DNA from: Octopus sinensis
Taxonomy: Eukaryota
NCBI RefSeq assembly: GCF_006345805.1
Contig: NW_021827928.1
Coordinates: forward strand, 1-9,561
Length of the DNA stretch: 9,561 bases
Reading direction: 5' to 3'
The translations under genes and the position numbers were made by a program. Under the pieces are notes generated by a model that saw only the letters and a list, made by a program, of their open reading frames with translations, was not told where the DNA came from and ran no database searches. Position 1 is the first letter of the stretch; each line of letters starts with the position of its first letter. Positions 7,358-9,561 of this stretch are shown in pieces.

Positions 7358-8180
7358 TATGTTGGGTCATCCCATAAATAATGCGGTTTTTTTCAATTGC
7401 ATGCACTAAATGTCGGAGGGGGATAGGATAAACTACCTGCATCAACTTACTATAAAACAGATAGTAATTTTATCATGTGCATATTCTAGGTGCAAGTTTT
7501 GAAAAGTGCAGTTCGATTTTAACATTTATTTTTTCAAAGCTTTAAGGGAAGTGACAAAGGAGTATATTCGCTACATTTTGCTTTATATGTTCAATAAAGG
7601 CAACAACGAAAAGGAAAGTGCTAGGAATATTAATGCGGTATATGGGGATCGGACAATAAGCGTAAGCTAGTGACAAGGATGGTTCCAGAAATTCCAAACC
7701 GGAAAGAACAGCCTAGAAGACAAGACTCGTCCTAGAAGATCTGTAGAACTCGACGAGGATGTCCAGCAAACCCTGGTGGAACAAAATCCCATCGTAACTG
7801 TTGAGGAATTAGCAGAGAAGCTCGGATTTGGTCATTCAACCAGTCAGTGCTTGAAGAGAAACGACCATCTTTGGTTTCAAGACAAAAGGTGTTCTTCCAT
7901 CAGGATAATGCTCAATCACATACTGCAAGGATGGCTTCCAAAGACTGGAGTAGTTTGAATGGGAAACGATGTCTCACCCACCATATTCCCCAGACATTAC
8001 CCCATCTGATTATCATTTATTCCGCAGTCTTCAAAGTCATTTGGACGGAAAAATATTTTGAATTCTATGGGCGAGGTCAGAAGAGTACTAGAAGAGAATT
8101 CTGGAAATAGATGGAAGAGCATTGCAGAAAATGAGAGTATATTTTAGATGAATAAAGAACTTTGTTCATCTTAATTTTGA
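7358..8180 (+). mobile_element. Decayed mariner transposon A (left TIR present, right TIR lost)
   Basis: Starts TA-tgttgggtcatcccataaataatgcggtttttttcaa, a mariner-type terminal sequence, and is followed by a transposase pseudogene. No inverted copy is found after 8180. Confidence 0.8.
7545..8155 (+). pseudogene. Mariner (DD34D) transposase pseudogene with internal deletions
   Basis: N-terminal HTH region (KEYIRYILLYMF...ARNINAVYG...WFQKF...LED...LVEQNP...TVEELAEKLG), FFHQDNA, and HPPYSPDITPSDYHLFRSLQ. Stops TAG TGA at 7668-7673, probable ATG>AGG at 7545, and frameshifts. The WVPHEL region and first catalytic Asp are missing at the ~7843 junction. Confidence 0.92.
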
Positions 8181-8565
8181 GCTATCAGAGGATGTGCAGA
8201 ATAGTTATGGTTTAGTCCAGGCCATTATCACTCGGGTTTCAGTTGCACAAGATCACCTTGATTGTGTCGAGAACAATGAAAGCATCTTGAAAAATTTACA
8301 TAAACATTTGAGCAGCTATCGCAAAGCTTTTGGCAAAATTTAAAGCAAATTCTCTGCTCAACTTCCTCTCTCATTGTCAATGCGAAGATCACACGCTACA
8401 CACCTTCCTTCCAAGCACTGCTGTACACAGCTGAAGTGAGCTAAAACGTTAAAACTTAGTGCATTTGCACAGCAGAGCTCACAGTTAATTTGTGCCAAGC
8501 GACTTTACTCTCCATGCTTTAGTTACTGTAGCAGCCGTCCGGATACTTATTGATCAGACCACTTA
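8181..8565 (-). mobile_element. 5' fragment of a second, different mariner-family element (B)
   Basis: The minus strand starts TA-agtggtctgatcaataagtatccggac (TIR-like). An ATG at 8374 opens MREEVEQRICFKFCQKL, resembling the mariner N-terminal EQR.CIKFC.KLG motif. The left boundary is approximate. Confidence 0.65.
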
Positions 8566-8980
8566 TACTCTTTTACTCTTTACTCATTTACTTGTTTCAG
8601 TCATTTGACTGCGGCCATGCTGGAGCACCGCCTTTAATCTAGCAACTCGACCCCGGGACTTATTCTTTTTGTAAGCCCAATACTTATTCTATCGGTCTCT
8701 TTTGCCGAACCGATAATTGACGGGGACGTAGACACACCAGCATCGGTTGTCAAGCAATGCTAGGGGGACAAACACAGACACACAAACACACACACGCATA
8801 TATATATATATATATATCGACGGGCTTCTTTCAGTTTCCGTCTACCAAATCCACTCACAAGGCTTTGGTCGGCCTGAGGCTATAGTAGAAGACACTTGCC
8901 CAAGGTGCCACGCAGTGGGACTGAACCCGGATCCATGTGGTTGGTAAGCAAGCTACTTACCACACAGCCACTCCTGCGCC
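8566..8980 (-). mobile_element. Full-length tRNA-derived CORE-type SINE
   Basis: Same organisation as 6876-7296 and highly similar in sequence. Confidence 0.9.
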
Positions 8981-8988
8981 TATACAAT

Positions 8989-9150
8989 GGGCTTCTTTCA
9001 TGTTTCCGTCTACCAAATCCACTCACAAGGCTTTGGTCGGGCCGGGGCTATAGCAGAAGACACTTGCCCAAGTGCCACGCTCAGTGGGACTGAACCCGGA
9101 ACCATGTGGTTGGTAAGCAAGCTACTACCAACAGCACTCCCTCCTGCGCC
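8989..9150 (-). mobile_element. SINE head+CORE module, tandem copy without tail
   Basis: Aligns with 8822-8980 and carries several 1-2 nt indels. Confidence 0.85.
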
Positions 9151-9165
9151 TATATAATATATGAT

Positions 9166-9320
9166 GGGCTTCTTTCAGTTTCCATCTACCAAATCCACTC
9201 CAAGGCATTGTTGGCCTGAGGCTATAGTAGAAGACACTTGCCCAAGGTGCCACGCAGTGGACTGAACCCAAACTATGTGGTTTATTAGCAAGCTACTTAC
9301 CACCCAGCCACTCCTGCGCC
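9166..9320 (-). mobile_element. SINE head+CORE module, tandem copy without tail
   Basis: Aligns with 8822-8980. Confidence 0.85.
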
Positions 9321-9370
9321 TGTATAATATATATGTATTATATATATATAACATATATATGTATGTATAT

Positions 9371-9527
9371 ACAGATGTGGCTGTGAGTTAAGAAGCTTGC
9401 TTCCCAATCGCATGGTTCTGGGTTCAGTCCCACTGCGTGGCACCTTGAGCAAGCATCTTCTACTATAGCCTTGACCCGGCTAAATCCTTGTGAATGGATT
9501 TGGTAGATGGAAACTGAAAGAAGCCCG
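9371..9527 (+). mobile_element. SINE head+CORE module in inverted orientation
   Basis: gtggctgtgagttaagaagcttgc...ggttcagtcccactgcgtggcaccttgagcaag...aaactgaaagaagcccg is the sense strand of the same module, somewhat more diverged. Confidence 0.85.
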
Positions 9528-9561
9528 TTAATGTATGTAAATGAATGATATATTTATATGG

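Noticed and set aside
6876-9527. tRNA genes in the SINE heads
   Set aside because: A/B-box-like motifs are present, but there is no full cloverleaf and the heads continue into CORE sequence.
1-9561. CRISPR array or prokaryotic system
   Set aside because: There is no repeat-spacer periodicity, and the composition and elements are eukaryotic.

Overview
Repeat-dominated eukaryotic DNA with no recognisable intact protein-coding gene; most ORF-track entries are microsatellite read-throughs. The tRNA-derived CORE-type SINEs resemble octopus SINEs, so an octopus or other coleoid cephalopod origin is inferred but not verified. Contents: five or six full or partial SINE copies, three decayed mariner-family pieces, a ~1.6 kb (CAC/CAT/TAC)n array and long (TA/TG)n fields. 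The most unusual feature is a young non-coding element at 263-887 inserted in a (TA)n tract. It holds ~1.5 tandem copies of a hairpin-rich 359-nt unit and a type-I hammerhead ribozyme fold at 663-732. That fold has a UUGAAAA core (U3:A8 in place of C3:G8), a minimal stem III and one A missing from GAAA. An 88-nt inverted arm joins the first copy 5 nt from the predicted cleavage site. This layout matches a Penelope-like pseudo-LTR or non-LTR retrozyme. A second, independent hammerhead core remnant lies at 1287-1319. All structures were paired by eye; no searches or folding programs were run.
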